Positions 9,631 to 18,594 of a DNA stretch of 41,407 bases are shown here, one piece after another (position 1 is the first letter of the stretch; each line of letters opens with the position of its first letter). A program made the position numbers and the translations under genes. The DNA comes from Oscillatoria nigro-viridis PCC 7112 (lineage in GTDB: Bacteria; Actinomycetota; Actinomycetes; Mycobacteriales; Jatrophihabitantaceae): the NCBI GenBank assembly GCA_964658795.1, contig CAZZZW010000001.1, positions 1-41,407 on the forward strand, written 5' to 3'. Under the pieces are notes generated by a model. The model worked only from the letters and a program-made list of their open reading frames with translations. It was not told where the DNA came from and made no database searches.

Positions 9631-10113
9631 ATGCGACTGCCGTCACGGCATCCCAGCCGGATCGGAGCGAACGTAGTCAGCCACGCCCTGGCCGACGTGC
9701 GCACCGGCCGGTTCGAACGCAGCCTGGCCGCCCTCACCGCCGCGGGTGCCGCGGTGACCGCCGCCGAGATCTATCTGTCCCACGACGGAGCCAGCTTCGG
9801 CAACAAGATGATGTGGTGGCCGATCGTCGTGGTCCCCACCGCCATCCCCGCCGGTATCGCCGCGGTCGGCTCCCGCCGCGCGGCCCGGACCGTGCTGCCT
9901 CTGGCCTCGGCCGCGATCGTGGCCAACGGCCTGCAGGGCACCTACCTCCACCTGCGCGGGGTCGCCCAGCGACCCGGCGGGATCACCCGCTACAACCTCG
10001 AAGCCGGCCCACCGGTCTTCGCCCCGCTCCTGGCCTCCCTGGTCGGCGGTATGGGCCTGCTGGCCGCGGTGCTACGCCGCGAAGGACACCCACCGCAGGG
10101 CGATGCGAAATGA
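9631..10113 (+). CDS. membrane protein (about 4 TM), possible anchor subunit of the GMC dehydrogenase
   Basis: Hydrophobic segments with His residues and a GPPVFAP motif. Translationally coupled to neighbours. Confidence 0.75.
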   Translation: MRLPSRHPSRIGANVVSHALADVRTGRFERSLAALTAAGAAVTAAEIYLSHDGASFGNKMMWWPIVVVPTAIPAGIAAVGSRRAARTVLPLASAAIVANGLQGTYLHLRGVAQRPGGITRYNLEAGPPVFAPLLASLVGGMGLLAAVLRREGHPPQGDAK

Positions 10114-10823
10114 GCTACCGCAGCCCGGGCCAGCACGCGGTCACCCCCCAGCATCGGGGACGCTTTTCCAGCTTCGACGTTCTGGACAGTGTCGAGGCCT
10201 GGGACGATGTCACCGCCGGTGTCGTCCTGGCCCGGCTGAGCCAGCCCGGAGCGCTGGCGTTCTTCACCCCCGGTGAGGTCAGCATCGCCGCGCCGCTGCT
10301 GGATCTGCTGCTGGCCCAGGACGCAGATCCCCGGGTGCCGGTGCTGGAGCTGGTCGACCAACGCCTGGCCCTCGGCGAGACCGACGGCTGGCACTATGAC
10401 GATCTGCCTGAAGACGCCAAAGCCTGGCGCGGCAGCCTGGCCTTCCTCGACCAGGACGCCACCAGCACTCCACCGCAGCGGAGCTTCGCCGAGCTGAACC
10501 GGGCCGAGCAGGCCGCGCTGATCCAGGCGGTGCAAGACCTCGCCGATGCCGGCCAGCAGTGGCACGGCTGGCCAGCCAGCCGGGTCTGGAGCCTGTGGAC
10601 CCGCTACGCCTGCACCGCCTACTACTCCCACCCGTGGGCCTGGAACGAGATCGGCTTCCCCGGTCCGGCCTATCCCCGCGGCTACCTCAACGCCGGCGTC
10701 GATGGCCGCGAGCGCTGGGAGGGGGCCGACGACGCCGACATCGACCCGGTGCCCTTCACCCAACGCGTCGAACAAGCCCGGCACGAGCACGACGCGTTGC
10801 GCGGCCGGCAGGATCGGGCATGA
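10110..10823 (+). CDS. gluconate 2-dehydrogenase subunit 3-like protein
   Basis: SFAELNRAEQAALI and AYYSHPWAWNEIGFPGP. ATGA overlap, directly upstream of the GMC gene. Confidence 0.85.
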   Translation: MSYRSPGQHAVTPQHRGRFSSFDVLDSVEAWDDVTAGVVLARLSQPGALAFFTPGEVSIAAPLLDLLLAQDADPRVPVLELVDQRLALGETDGWHYDDLPEDAKAWRGSLAFLDQDATSTPPQRSFAELNRAEQAALIQAVQDLADAGQQWHGWPASRVWSLWTRYACTAYYSHPWAWNEIGFPGPAYPRGYLNAGVDGRERWEGADDADIDPVPFTQRVEQARHEHDALRGRQDRA

Positions 10824-12493
10824 GGAGCAACTACAAGGCGATTCGCGCCCGCAACGACTCGGCGTGGCTGATCCCCAACGACGGCCGCCGCACCGACCAC
10901 CAGCTGCGAGCCGACATGCGCCGCTACGACGATGACGACGAGGTCGACCTGGTCGTCGTCGGTGCCGGCGCGGGCGGGGCGGTACTGACCCAGCGGCTGG
11001 CCCGGGCCGGGTGGCGAGTGGTGTGCCTGGATGCCGGGCCGTTCTGGGACCCCGACGCCGACTGGGTGTCGGACGAACGCGGCGCCCACACCCTGTACTG
11101 GACCGAACCCCGCCAGATCGGGGGCAGCGATCCGGTGCCGCTGGGCTCCAACAACTCCGGCCGCGGTGTCGGCGGCTCGATGGTCCACTACGCCGGCTAC
11201 ACCCCCCGTTTCCATCCCTCGGACTTCCGCACCTACAGCGTCGACGGCGTCGGCGCCGACTGGCCGATCAACTACGCCGAGCTGAAACCGTTCTACGAAG
11301 CGATCGAACAAGAACTGCCAGTCGCCGGGCAGGACTGGCCATGGGGTGACCCGCACTCCTACCCCCACCACCCGCACCCGGTCAGCGGCAACGGCGAGAT
11401 CTTCCTCCGCGGAGCCCTGGCCGCCGGCATCCAAGCACGCGTCGGACCGGTCGCGATCCCCAACGGCCGCTTCGGCAACCGGCCCCACTGCATCTACCGT
11501 GGCTTCTGCCTGCAGGGCTGCAAGGTCAACGCCAAAGCCAGCCCACTGATTACCCACATCCCCGACGCGCTGGCCCACGGCGCCGAGATCCGCGCCGACA
11601 GCATGGTCACCCGCGTCGTCGTCGACGACCGCGCCGGCACGGCGACCGGGGTGCACTACCTGCGTGCCGGGGTCGAGCACTTCCAGCGCTCCCGCGCCGT
11701 CGCCATCTGCGGCTACTCGATCGAAACCCCGCGGCTGCTGCTGCTCTCGGCCAGCCCGCGATTCCCCGCTGGCCTAGGCAATGACCACGACCAGGTCGGG
11801 CGCTACCTCATGGTCCAAGGCGCCCCGCAAACCTCCGGCCGGTTCGAGCAGGAAATCCGCATGTACAAGGCGCCGCCCCCGGAAGTCTCCTCCGAACAGT
11901 TCTACGAAACCGACCCGAGCAAGCCCTACAAACGCGGCTGGTCCATCCAGACCGTCAGCCCGCTGCCGATCACCTGGGCCGAGCACGTTGCTGCGCAAGG
12001 ATATTGGGGAGCGCCGCTACGGGAATACATGCGCGACTACGTCCACTGGGCCACCCTCGGCGCGCTCTGTGAATACCTGCCCCAGCCCGACAACCGGGTC
12101 ACCCTGGCCGAGGAGACCGACCGGCACGGACTGCCCGTCGCCCACTTCGCCTACAGCCAATGCGACAACGACAAGCAACTCACCCAGGCGGCGACCGCGT
12201 CGATGGAATCCATCCTCACCGCCGCCGGCGCCACCGAGGTCATGACCATCGACCGCTACGCCCACCTGGTCGGCGGCGCGCGCCTGGCCGCCCGACCCGA
12301 AGACGGTGTAGTGGACCGCGATCATCGCGTCTTCGGCGTCCCCAACCTCTACATCGTCGACGGCAGCACCCTGCCGACCCAAGGATCAGCCAACCCGGCC
12401 CTGACAATCATGGCCCTCGCCGCCCGCGCCGCCGACCGTCTCATCAAGCACGCCCGGGCCGGCCTGACCGAACGAGAGGCACCGTCTCCATGA
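10820..12493 (+). CDS. GMC family oxidoreductase
   Basis: VVVGAGAGG, GRGVGGS, CIYRGFCLQGC (CxxxxxCxxGC), ETPRLLL, HLVGG and NPALTIMALA. Confidence 0.95.
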   Translation: MRSNYKAIRARNDSAWLIPNDGRRTDHQLRADMRRYDDDDEVDLVVVGAGAGGAVLTQRLARAGWRVVCLDAGPFWDPDADWVSDERGAHTLYWTEPRQIGGSDPVPLGSNNSGRGVGGSMVHYAGYTPRFHPSDFRTYSVDGVGADWPINYAELKPFYEAIEQELPVAGQDWPWGDPHSYPHHPHPVSGNGEIFLRGALAAGIQARVGPVAIPNGRFGNRPHCIYRGFCLQGCKVNAKASPLITHIPDALAHGAEIRADSMVTRVVVDDRAGTATGVHYLRAGVEHFQRSRAVAICGYSIETPRLLLLSASPRFPAGLGNDHDQVGRYLMVQGAPQTSGRFEQEIRMYKAPPPEVSSEQFYETDPSKPYKRGWSIQTVSPLPITWAEHVAAQGYWGAPLREYMRDYVHWATLGALCEYLPQPDNRVTLAEETDRHGLPVAHFAYSQCDNDKQLTQAATASMESILTAAGATEVMTIDRYAHLVGGARLAARPEDGVVDRDHRVFGVPNLYIVDGSTLPTQGSANPALTIMALAARAADRLIKHARAGLTEREAPSP

Positions 12494-13590
12494 ACCCCGG
12501 CGCGTCGATCGACACCGTCCGCACCGCGAGCTTCCGGTTTCCCACGCCGGAACCGGAGGCAGACGGCACCCTGGAATGGGACGCCACCACTGCCGTCACG
12601 GTCACCGTGCACGCGGCCGGTCTGATCGGGCTCGGCTGGACCTACAGCAGCCCGGCCGCGGCCGCGGTCATCGAGCAGCACCTCGCGCCCGCGATCGGTG
12701 GACGCGATGCCTGCGACATCGACGGCGGCTGGCTCGCAATGCGCCGTGCCTGCCGCAACCTCGGCACCAAAGGCCTCGTCATGCAGGCCATTAGCGCCGT
12801 CGATGTTGCGTGGTGGGATCTCAAGGCCAAACTCTTCGACCAGCCGCTGATTGGGCTGCTCGGTGCCGGGCGCAGCAGTGTTCCCGTGTACGGCTCAGGT
12901 GGCTTCACCACCCTCAGCCGCACCCAGCTGGCCGACCAGGTCCGCGGATGGCAGGAGGCCGGCTGCACGGCGATGAAGATCAAAATCGGTGAAGCCTGGG
13001 GCACCCGGGTCGAACGCGACATAGACCGCCTAGACCAACTGCGCACCCTGGCCGGCGACGGGGTCACTCTCATGGCCGACGCCAACGGCGCCTACACCGT
13101 CGGCCGCGCCCGCCGCGTCGGCACCGCCCTCGACGCGCTCGGCGTGACCTGGTTTGAAGAACCCGTCAGCAGCGACGACCTGGCCGGGTTGGCTTCCGTG
13201 CGAGCCGCCGTCCACTGCGACATCGCGGCCGGCGAATACGCCGCCGACAGCTACGACATCACCGCCCTGCTACCGCACGTGGACTGCCTCCAGCTCGACG
13301 CCAGCCGCTGCGGCGGCTACACCGGCTGGCTCGCCGGTGCCGCTCTCGCCCGAGCCCACAACCGCGATGTCTCCGCACACTGCGCCCCCTCCCTGCACGC
13401 ACCCGTCGCCGCCGCCATCACCAACCTGCGCCACGTCGAATGGTTCGCCGATCACGCCCGCCTCGAACCACTACTACTTGACGGCACACCCGAGGTCCGC
13501 GACGGCGCCCTCCACCTGCGGCCCGACTCGGCGGGCCACGGCATGACCCTCAGCCCCGAGGCTGAGCGGTACGCGCACAACAGGCCCTGA
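12490..13590 (+). CDS. mandelate racemase/muconate lactonizing enzyme (enolase superfamily) protein
   Basis: SAVDVAWWDLKAK, KIK, DANG, WFEEP, AAGE and SAH. Confidence 0.93.
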   Translation: MNPGASIDTVRTASFRFPTPEPEADGTLEWDATTAVTVTVHAAGLIGLGWTYSSPAAAAVIEQHLAPAIGGRDACDIDGGWLAMRRACRNLGTKGLVMQAISAVDVAWWDLKAKLFDQPLIGLLGAGRSSVPVYGSGGFTTLSRTQLADQVRGWQEAGCTAMKIKIGEAWGTRVERDIDRLDQLRTLAGDGVTLMADANGAYTVGRARRVGTALDALGVTWFEEPVSSDDLAGLASVRAAVHCDIAAGEYAADSYDITALLPHVDCLQLDASRCGGYTGWLAGAALARAHNRDVSAHCAPSLHAPVAAAITNLRHVEWFADHARLEPLLLDGTPEVRDGALHLRPDSAGHGMTLSPEAERYAHNRP

Positions 13591-13610
13591 GCCTTAGGGG
13601 AGGAGCCGGA

Positions 13611-13937
13611 ATGGACATGGCCGACGTGCCGAACTGGCATGAAAGGTTCACCGCAGCAGTCTTCACCGCCACCGCCACCATCCGCCTACGCGGTGACCTG
13701 GAAATCTTCACCGTGGAATACCTGCGCGGCGAAGTCGACATCCTCCGTCGCCAAGGCCTCTACACCATCACCCTCGACCTGCACGAACTCGCCAGCATCG
13801 ACACGACCGCCGCCCACTATCTGCAGGCCCTCCAAGCCGAACTCGAAACCGACGGAGGCACCCTCACCCTCACCAACCCCCACGAACCCGTCAGCACCAC
13901 CCTGCGCCAGCACCATCTCCTGCACCGGGCCATCTGA
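13611..13937 (+). CDS. STAS domain protein (anti-sigma factor antagonist-like)
   Basis: IRLRGDLE, TLDLHELASIDTTA and LTLTNP. GGAGG RBS. Confidence 0.8.
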   Translation: MDMADVPNWHERFTAAVFTATATIRLRGDLEIFTVEYLRGEVDILRRQGLYTITLDLHELASIDTTAAHYLQALQAELETDGGTLTLTNPHEPVSTTLRQHHLLHRAI

Positions 13938-13989
13938 AAAAGCACCCCCCGGGGCCGCATGCGGGGACCGTCGATTGTCGGGCGCAGCA

Positions 13990-14151
13990 TCAGTCCCCAG
14001 CGGGCGGGGCAGGAGGGTGGGCCTGTCGATAAGCGGTAAGGATGGGCCGAGAAAGTGCGCCCAACGCACATACGGGATAGCCGTTCTCCACAGCCCAGAT
14101 CCGCACATCGACCGCATCGGGGGCGCCCGCCTGGCGGGCCGAGCGGAGCAT
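13990..14151 (-). CDS. small protein with an Lsr2-like C-terminal DNA-binding domain
   Basis: AVDVRIWAVENGYPVCALGALSRPILTAYRQAH aligns by eye with the Lsr2 pattern xIRxWAxxNGxxVxxRGRIPxxVxxAY. Start uncertain (14151 or 14196). Confidence 0.6.
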   Translation of the reverse strand: MLRSARQAGAPDAVDVRIWAVENGYPVCALGALSRPILTAYRQAHPPAPPAGD

Positions 14152-14331
14152 CGCCCGTCCCGGCGCAGACCCAGGATCAGGCGCCGAGTGCCGCAAGTGC
14201 TAATGCGCAGACATCAGACACCAGTATGCGCGCCCACCCCTAGAGGCGAAGGCTCATGGGCATCTCCGTGACCGGTTTTTTCCACCCTCATCGTCGCCGT
14301 CACCACCCGGCCGGGCACGCCCGGAAATTTC

Positions 14332-14869
14332 TCAGTTGCCGAGAAGGTCGTTGAGGTCGTCGGCGTGATCTTCTTCTTCGGCGAGGATGGATTCGATGAG
14401 CCGGCGGCTGGGGGGGGTCGGTGTCGCCGATCCAGCGAGCGATCTCCTGGTAGGTGGTGATCACGATCCGTTCTGCGACCAGGTTTTCCCGCAACATCGC
14501 CTGCAGGTCGGTATCCGCCGGTGCGGTGTAGTCGGTATGCGCCCGGCTCACCAGGGTCGCCGGATCGAAATCAGGCGCGCCGCCGAGCTGGCTCACCCGC
14601 TCGGCCGCACGCAGTCCGTGTTGCATCTCCTCTGCGGCGTGCTCCCGGAACTGGGCCGCGACCTGGGCTCGGTTGATGCCGGTCGCGGCGATCGCGTTTT
14701 GGTAGTAGCGCAGCACGCACACCATCTCGGTAGCCACGACTTGATTCAGCACCTGGATCAGCCGCTGGGTGTCGCCAGTGTTACCTGCGGTAAGCGCACC
14801 GTCAGCCATCCGCTGCCGCGCATCCTCCCGGATCGCGCTGACATCGATCTCAAACTTGTTATCTGTCAT
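14332..14869 (-). pseudogene. ferritin-like/bacterioferritin protein with a +1 frameshift in a G8 run (pseudogene or sequencing error)
   Basis: ATEMVCVLRY, EEMQH and LVAERIVI. Removing one base from 14410-14417 restores DPPSRRLIESILAEEEDHADDLNDLLGN*, which contains the second ExxH. Confidence 0.8.
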
Positions 14870-14971
14870 CTGTACTCCTCCTAAGCGGCAGGCGATGCTG
14901 TGGTGTTGACGGTAATCCCGGTCCGTCGCGTTGGCAGGGATGTGGGTAGGCCGGGCTTGGAGGCAGTGGTT

Positions 14972-15166
14972 ATGCAGATCAGCAAGGAGCAAGTGCTTCG
15001 ATGGTTGGTACTTCAGCACGACGAAGCCCGGTTGCGCGCAGCGCAGCGCGACCTGCCCGACCAGATCGACACCCGACACGATCAGCCTCTGCTGCACCGG
15101 CTGGGTATCGACATCAAGCAACTGGCCCTGGATGCCCGCGGCGCTGGTGGTGAACGCAACCCTTGA
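14972..15166 (+). CDS. small hypothetical protein (64 aa)
   Basis: GGAGG RBS. MQISKEQVLRWL..LPDQIDT..LLHRLGID resembles a small actinobacterial family I recognise only loosely. Confidence 0.65.
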   Translation: MQISKEQVLRWLVLQHDEARLRAAQRDLPDQIDTRHDQPLLHRLGIDIKQLALDARGAGGERNP

Positions 15167-15323
15167 GGTCAGGTCACCAGACCGGCGCGAGATCAACTTT
15201 GAGGCTTGAGCGGTAGGGCAAGTGGGCCAAGTCGTACATAGATTGCGAGATAACCACACAAAGCGTTCTGCGACCACGCGAGTGAACTGCCCTCAACCAA
15301 GCCTCCGCATAAGCCACGCAGGT

Positions 15324-15351
15324 CAATCCGATAATTTACCTTATGTAAGTC
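15324..15351 (+). other. dif-like tyrosine-recombinase (XerCD-type) site
   Basis: CAATCCGATAA-TTTACC-TTATGTAAGTC has 11-6-11 architecture with the ATAA-N6-TTATGT core of dif sites, in an AT-rich intergenic patch. Confidence 0.5.
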
Positions 15352-15363
15352 TGGCCAGTTCTT

Positions 15364-15402
15364 GATCGAGAATGATCAGGTTTTATAGAGTCATTCTCGA
15401 TC
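15364..15402. repeat. perfect 12-bp inverted repeat
   Basis: GATCGAGAATGA-N15-TCATTCTCGATC. Confidence 0.8.
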
Positions 15403-15429
15403 GTCAATCTTGCTACCACCAGCGGTGTT

Positions 15430-15622
15430 TTAGTTCGACATGCCTCGCTTGGAGTACAGCTGACGGATGAGGTAGACGATCGTGAAGGCGACCACCGCGG
15501 CTAAAGGTAGGTACGCCGGTGGCAGAAGGACAAGAGCTATCGCTCCCAGCACCAGGGTCGTGCCTAGATAAATGAGCACCCAGTAGAGGAGTCCCCCCTT
15601 TTCCTGTGCCTCTTGACGGCAT
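15430..15622 (-). CDS. small two-TM membrane protein (GTG start at 15579, or ATG at 15622 with a homopolymer frameshift)
   Basis: Minus frame GLLYWVLIYLGTTLVLGAIALVLLPPAYLPLAAVVAFTIVYLIRQLYSKRGMSN*, not listed in the ORF track. Confidence 0.55.
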
Positions 15623-16104
15623 GCGCGTGCCGGATGGGTGGGGGTCGGTACGGTCTTGGCGTGCGTGCGTTTCCGGAGACTTGCTTCACGACCAGCGCGA
15701 GTGAACAGCAGGACTCCGAGCGGGACGAGTCCTTGGTCGGGGGTGTTCTCACCGCGCGTCGACGGCCCAGCTTCGGGGCGGAGGCGTTTTACACCGCCCT
15801 GCAGTCTGCACCTGTTGCCAGTCGCGTTCCTGCTGCCCGGCGTGCGGCGTCAGCCGGGCAGCGAAGGAAAGGGTCCGGACGAGCCCGGGCCGTGGCCGGT
15901 AGGGAGCGGGTTCTGGTCGAGTGGGGTGTCCGGTTCCCTGATACCGGCACGATCTATCCGTGTTCGCTGCTGGTGCCTCCGGAGCAGCGGCGGCACGTGA
16001 CTGCGGTCTTCGCCGCGGCGGCCGACCTGGTCCTGGTCCGCTTCGACGGCACCTCGTGGAACCCGGTCTCGCTACCGTCAGGTGGCCCGGCGGGCTCAGG
16101 TTAG
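15613..16104 (+). CDS. hypothetical protein (true start probably further downstream)
   Basis: The C-terminal half (ERVLVEWGVRFPDTG..VLVRFDGTSW) looks protein-like and has GC3 bias. Confidence 0.35.
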   Translation: MTACACRMGGGRYGLGVRAFPETCFTTSASEQQDSERDESLVGGVLTARRRPSFGAEAFYTALQSAPVASRVPAARRAASAGQRRKGSGRARAVAGRERVLVEWGVRFPDTGTIYPCSLLVPPEQRRHVTAVFAAAADLVLVRFDGTSWNPVSLPSGGPAGSG

Positions 16105-16209
16105 GTGTGCAGTGTCGGCGGCAGGGTGTGCAGTCGGTGCCGCGCGTGCTCGAGCAGGGTGTAGGTGGTGTTGGTTGGGCCAGGTGCTAGAGATCGGTGT
16201 TGGCTTTCA

Positions 16210-16746
16210 TCACCTGGGTGGTTGGCTGGGGCCGGCGTTGACGAAAAGCAAGGTCGAGTCCTGCACTCGTAACGACAGTTGCGTTCTTGTGTCCGTGCTG
16301 CTCACGACCTCCCCGCTCAGCACCAGCTGCATGGAGGTTCGTGCGACGTTCAAAGGTGATTGAGGGTTGACGTCACGTGATCCCTCGCCGCCGGTGATGG
16401 AGTTCGTCGCTTGAAAACCCGACGAGCCGACGGTGCGGATACCCGCCTGGCAGGCGTTGAGCCCGTCGCTACCGAGTAGCGCCGTCCCGTGAGGAAACTC
16501 GATCCACGCATCCAGTGCGGGCGGCATCGTCGTCGTCTTGCCCTGCGATTGCACTGACCGCAGCCGCCAATGAACCGCCGCCGCCTTGACCAGAACCGAC
16601 GCCGGCGTCGGCGACGCAGCCGAGGTCGAGGTGGAGGCCGGCCGGTTGTCCGCGCGGCTGCTCGCCCCTGCGCAACCGCTCACGCTAGCCGCAACAGTCA
16701 CGCCCACGACGAACGTTGCGAGTCTCACCAACACCTCAACACGCAC
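16210..16746 (-). CDS. lipoprotein, META-domain-like
   Basis: Lipobox-like SVSGC, a Ser/Thr/Pro linker, then WRLRSV..AWIEF..GSDGLN..TLLF. Confidence 0.65.
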   Translation of the reverse strand: MRVEVLVRLATFVVGVTVAASVSGCAGASSRADNRPASTSTSAASPTPASVLVKAAAVHWRLRSVQSQGKTTTMPPALDAWIEFPHGTALLGSDGLNACQAGIRTVGSSGFQATNSITGGEGSRDVNPQSPLNVARTSMQLVLSGEVVSSTDTRTQLSLRVQDSTLLFVNAGPSQPPR

Positions 16747-17079
16747 CCCGATCGCGGCGAGCCACCTACCAGAAACCCGAGACCGAGCCTGGCGATGTAC
16801 GTCGAATGGTAGAAGTCAGCCACCCCAGATCAGAGCCACACTCGATGTCAATTCGGCATCGAACGAAATGCTGGACCATCCCCAATGATCCGGTCCCGGC
16901 GCGGAGCGGCTACTGGGAGCAAGCTGCGACCGCATCCGTGACCTGCTGACCGCGATAATCCTCACGGCGCACCGTCGACCATCCCCCGGGCCTCGGCCAC
17001 TCCTCAGCCGTCGGCAACGCTTCGGAGTCATCCACGTAATAGGTGGCCATCGGCGATTGCGCCCCGGCAGACTGGAGGA

Positions 17080-18030
17080 ATGTCGGCACACCAGCGACCC
17101 GTGGTGAGTGGTGCCGCACTGGAGCGGTGGTGTCAACAATGGCTCGGTGCTAGTCCCGTAGCGCGATTGTTCGAAGCCGGGTTTTGTCGTCCGCCACAGG
17201 CCTTCGCCTATCCGATGGGCGCGAGGTTGTGGTCAAGGCTCGCGCGAACGCCTCACGGTTGGTGGGCTGTGCTGCAGTCCACCAAGCCCTGTGGGTCACC
17301 GGATTCCCCTGCCCCGACCTTCTTGTTGATCTGAAACCGATCGGCGACATCGCCGTCAGCGCGGAGCTGCTCGTCAACGGTGCCGAGAAGCCCTCCTCAC
17401 CAGATCTGGCCGCCTGTTCAGCTGCCGGACTTGCTCGGTTAATCCATCTCGCACCGACTCCAGAATCGGTACCCAGTGTGGCTCCCTCGCCGTCCTGGAC
17501 GGCCTGGGACCATGACGAGTCCGGCCTGTGGCCCACGTCGGAAGAGCTTGATACCGATCTCAACGACGTCACCGAACCGAAGTGGTTGACTCAGGTGGGT
17601 GCGGCACTGCGAAACCTGCTCCGCCAGCCTCGATCAGCGCCTGTGATCGGGCATGGCGACTGGCATCCAGGCAACCTGCGGTGGCACGCGACCAGCCTGG
17701 TCGCCGTCTATGACTGGGACAGCGTGATCTGCCAGCCGGAACCGGCGATCGTGGGGCTGGCCGCCGCCAGCTTCCGGGGGGGTAGAGGACCCGGCCGCGC
17801 TAGCCTCCGTCGACGACAGCGCGGAGTTCATCGCTGCCTATCAACTTGCTCGCGGAAGCACCTGGACCCTCCAGGACACACAGGTCAGTTGGGCCGCAGG
17901 GTTGTGGCAACGATGCCTCGACGCCAAAGTCCATTCCCTACGCGCAGACCCCGAACAGAGCCTGACCCGCACAGAAGCAGCAGCCCGGCTCGCCCGGGCC
18001 GGACTCGCCCCCGAACTCGCTGCCACCTGA
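17080..18030 (+). pseudogene. aminoglycoside phosphotransferase (APH)/kinase-like protein with two frameshifts
   Basis: VVVKAR, HGDWHPGN and VYDWD. The frame breaks at T4 (17182-17185, one base short) and G7 (17776-17782, one base extra). The restored C-terminus ends ..ARLARAGLAPELAAT* at 18030. Confidence 0.8.
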
Positions 18031-18521
18031 AGACCGCGCACGAGGTCCTAAACGGTGGCACGTCCAAGCTCTGGCAGCTGCGGATCAACGTAGAGCACAT
18101 CAGCGGCAACTATGCCTCCGACTTCACGTGGTGGTACGCCTGCGCGATCAACGTCAGCGATCGTCCCGATCACTACTGCACGGACGGTGCCGTCCCGTCG
18201 CAGACCAGCGAGCCGATGGGGTCATCCGGGACGACGCTGTACGAACACTTCGAGAACAACAGCTAATCGAAGATCGAATACCCGATAGTCGGCATTGCCG
18301 TGGATTGGGCTCGATCGCGGCGGAGAACAAGAACCGTGGTTGGGATGCTTGCACAGGGTCCGGCACAAGCCTTTGCATTGAGACTGCAAACGGAACCTGA
18401 GCAGACGTGACCTAGGTTGACGCCATCTGGTTCGAGCATGCCCCTGAGCAGCCTCAGCTCGTCGATGGCTCGAAGGTGAATCTTCGATACGCCTTGGACG
18501 GCAAACTAGGGCCTCTAGCCG

Positions 18522-18594
18522 TGCCCCCAGCAGGATTCGAACCTGCGACGCCCGGCTTAGGAGTCCGGCGCTCTATCCCCTGAGCTATGAGGGC
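18522..18594 (-). tRNA. tRNA-Arg (anticodon CCT)
   Basis: Reverse complement GCCCTCATAGCTCAGGGGATAGAGCGCCGGACTCCTAAGCCGGGCGTCGCAGGTTCGAATCCTGCTGGGGGCA forms a cloverleaf with a GGTTCGAATCC T-arm. CCA is not encoded. Confidence 0.96.

Noticed and set aside
8070-9737. Long antisense ORFs (also 2298-3344, 18772-19752, 33239-34342, 36209-37420, 39473-40861)
   Set aside because: These are shadows of real genes, expected in high-GC DNA where stop codons are rare, and show no family motifs.
14870-15277. N-terminal extension of the ferritin ORF (325 aa in the track)
   Set aside because: A GGAGGAG RBS precedes the ATG at 14869, and the extension overlaps the divergent small gene.
16910-17119. Small minus-strand ORF (..MATYYVDDSEALPTAEEWPRPGGW..)
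   Set aside because: May be a gene remnant, but it has no recognisable family or translation signal.
18522-18594. tRNA as a dedicated LanB co-substrate
   Set aside because: The anticodon is CCT (Arg), whereas LanB enzymes use glutamyl-tRNA(Glu).
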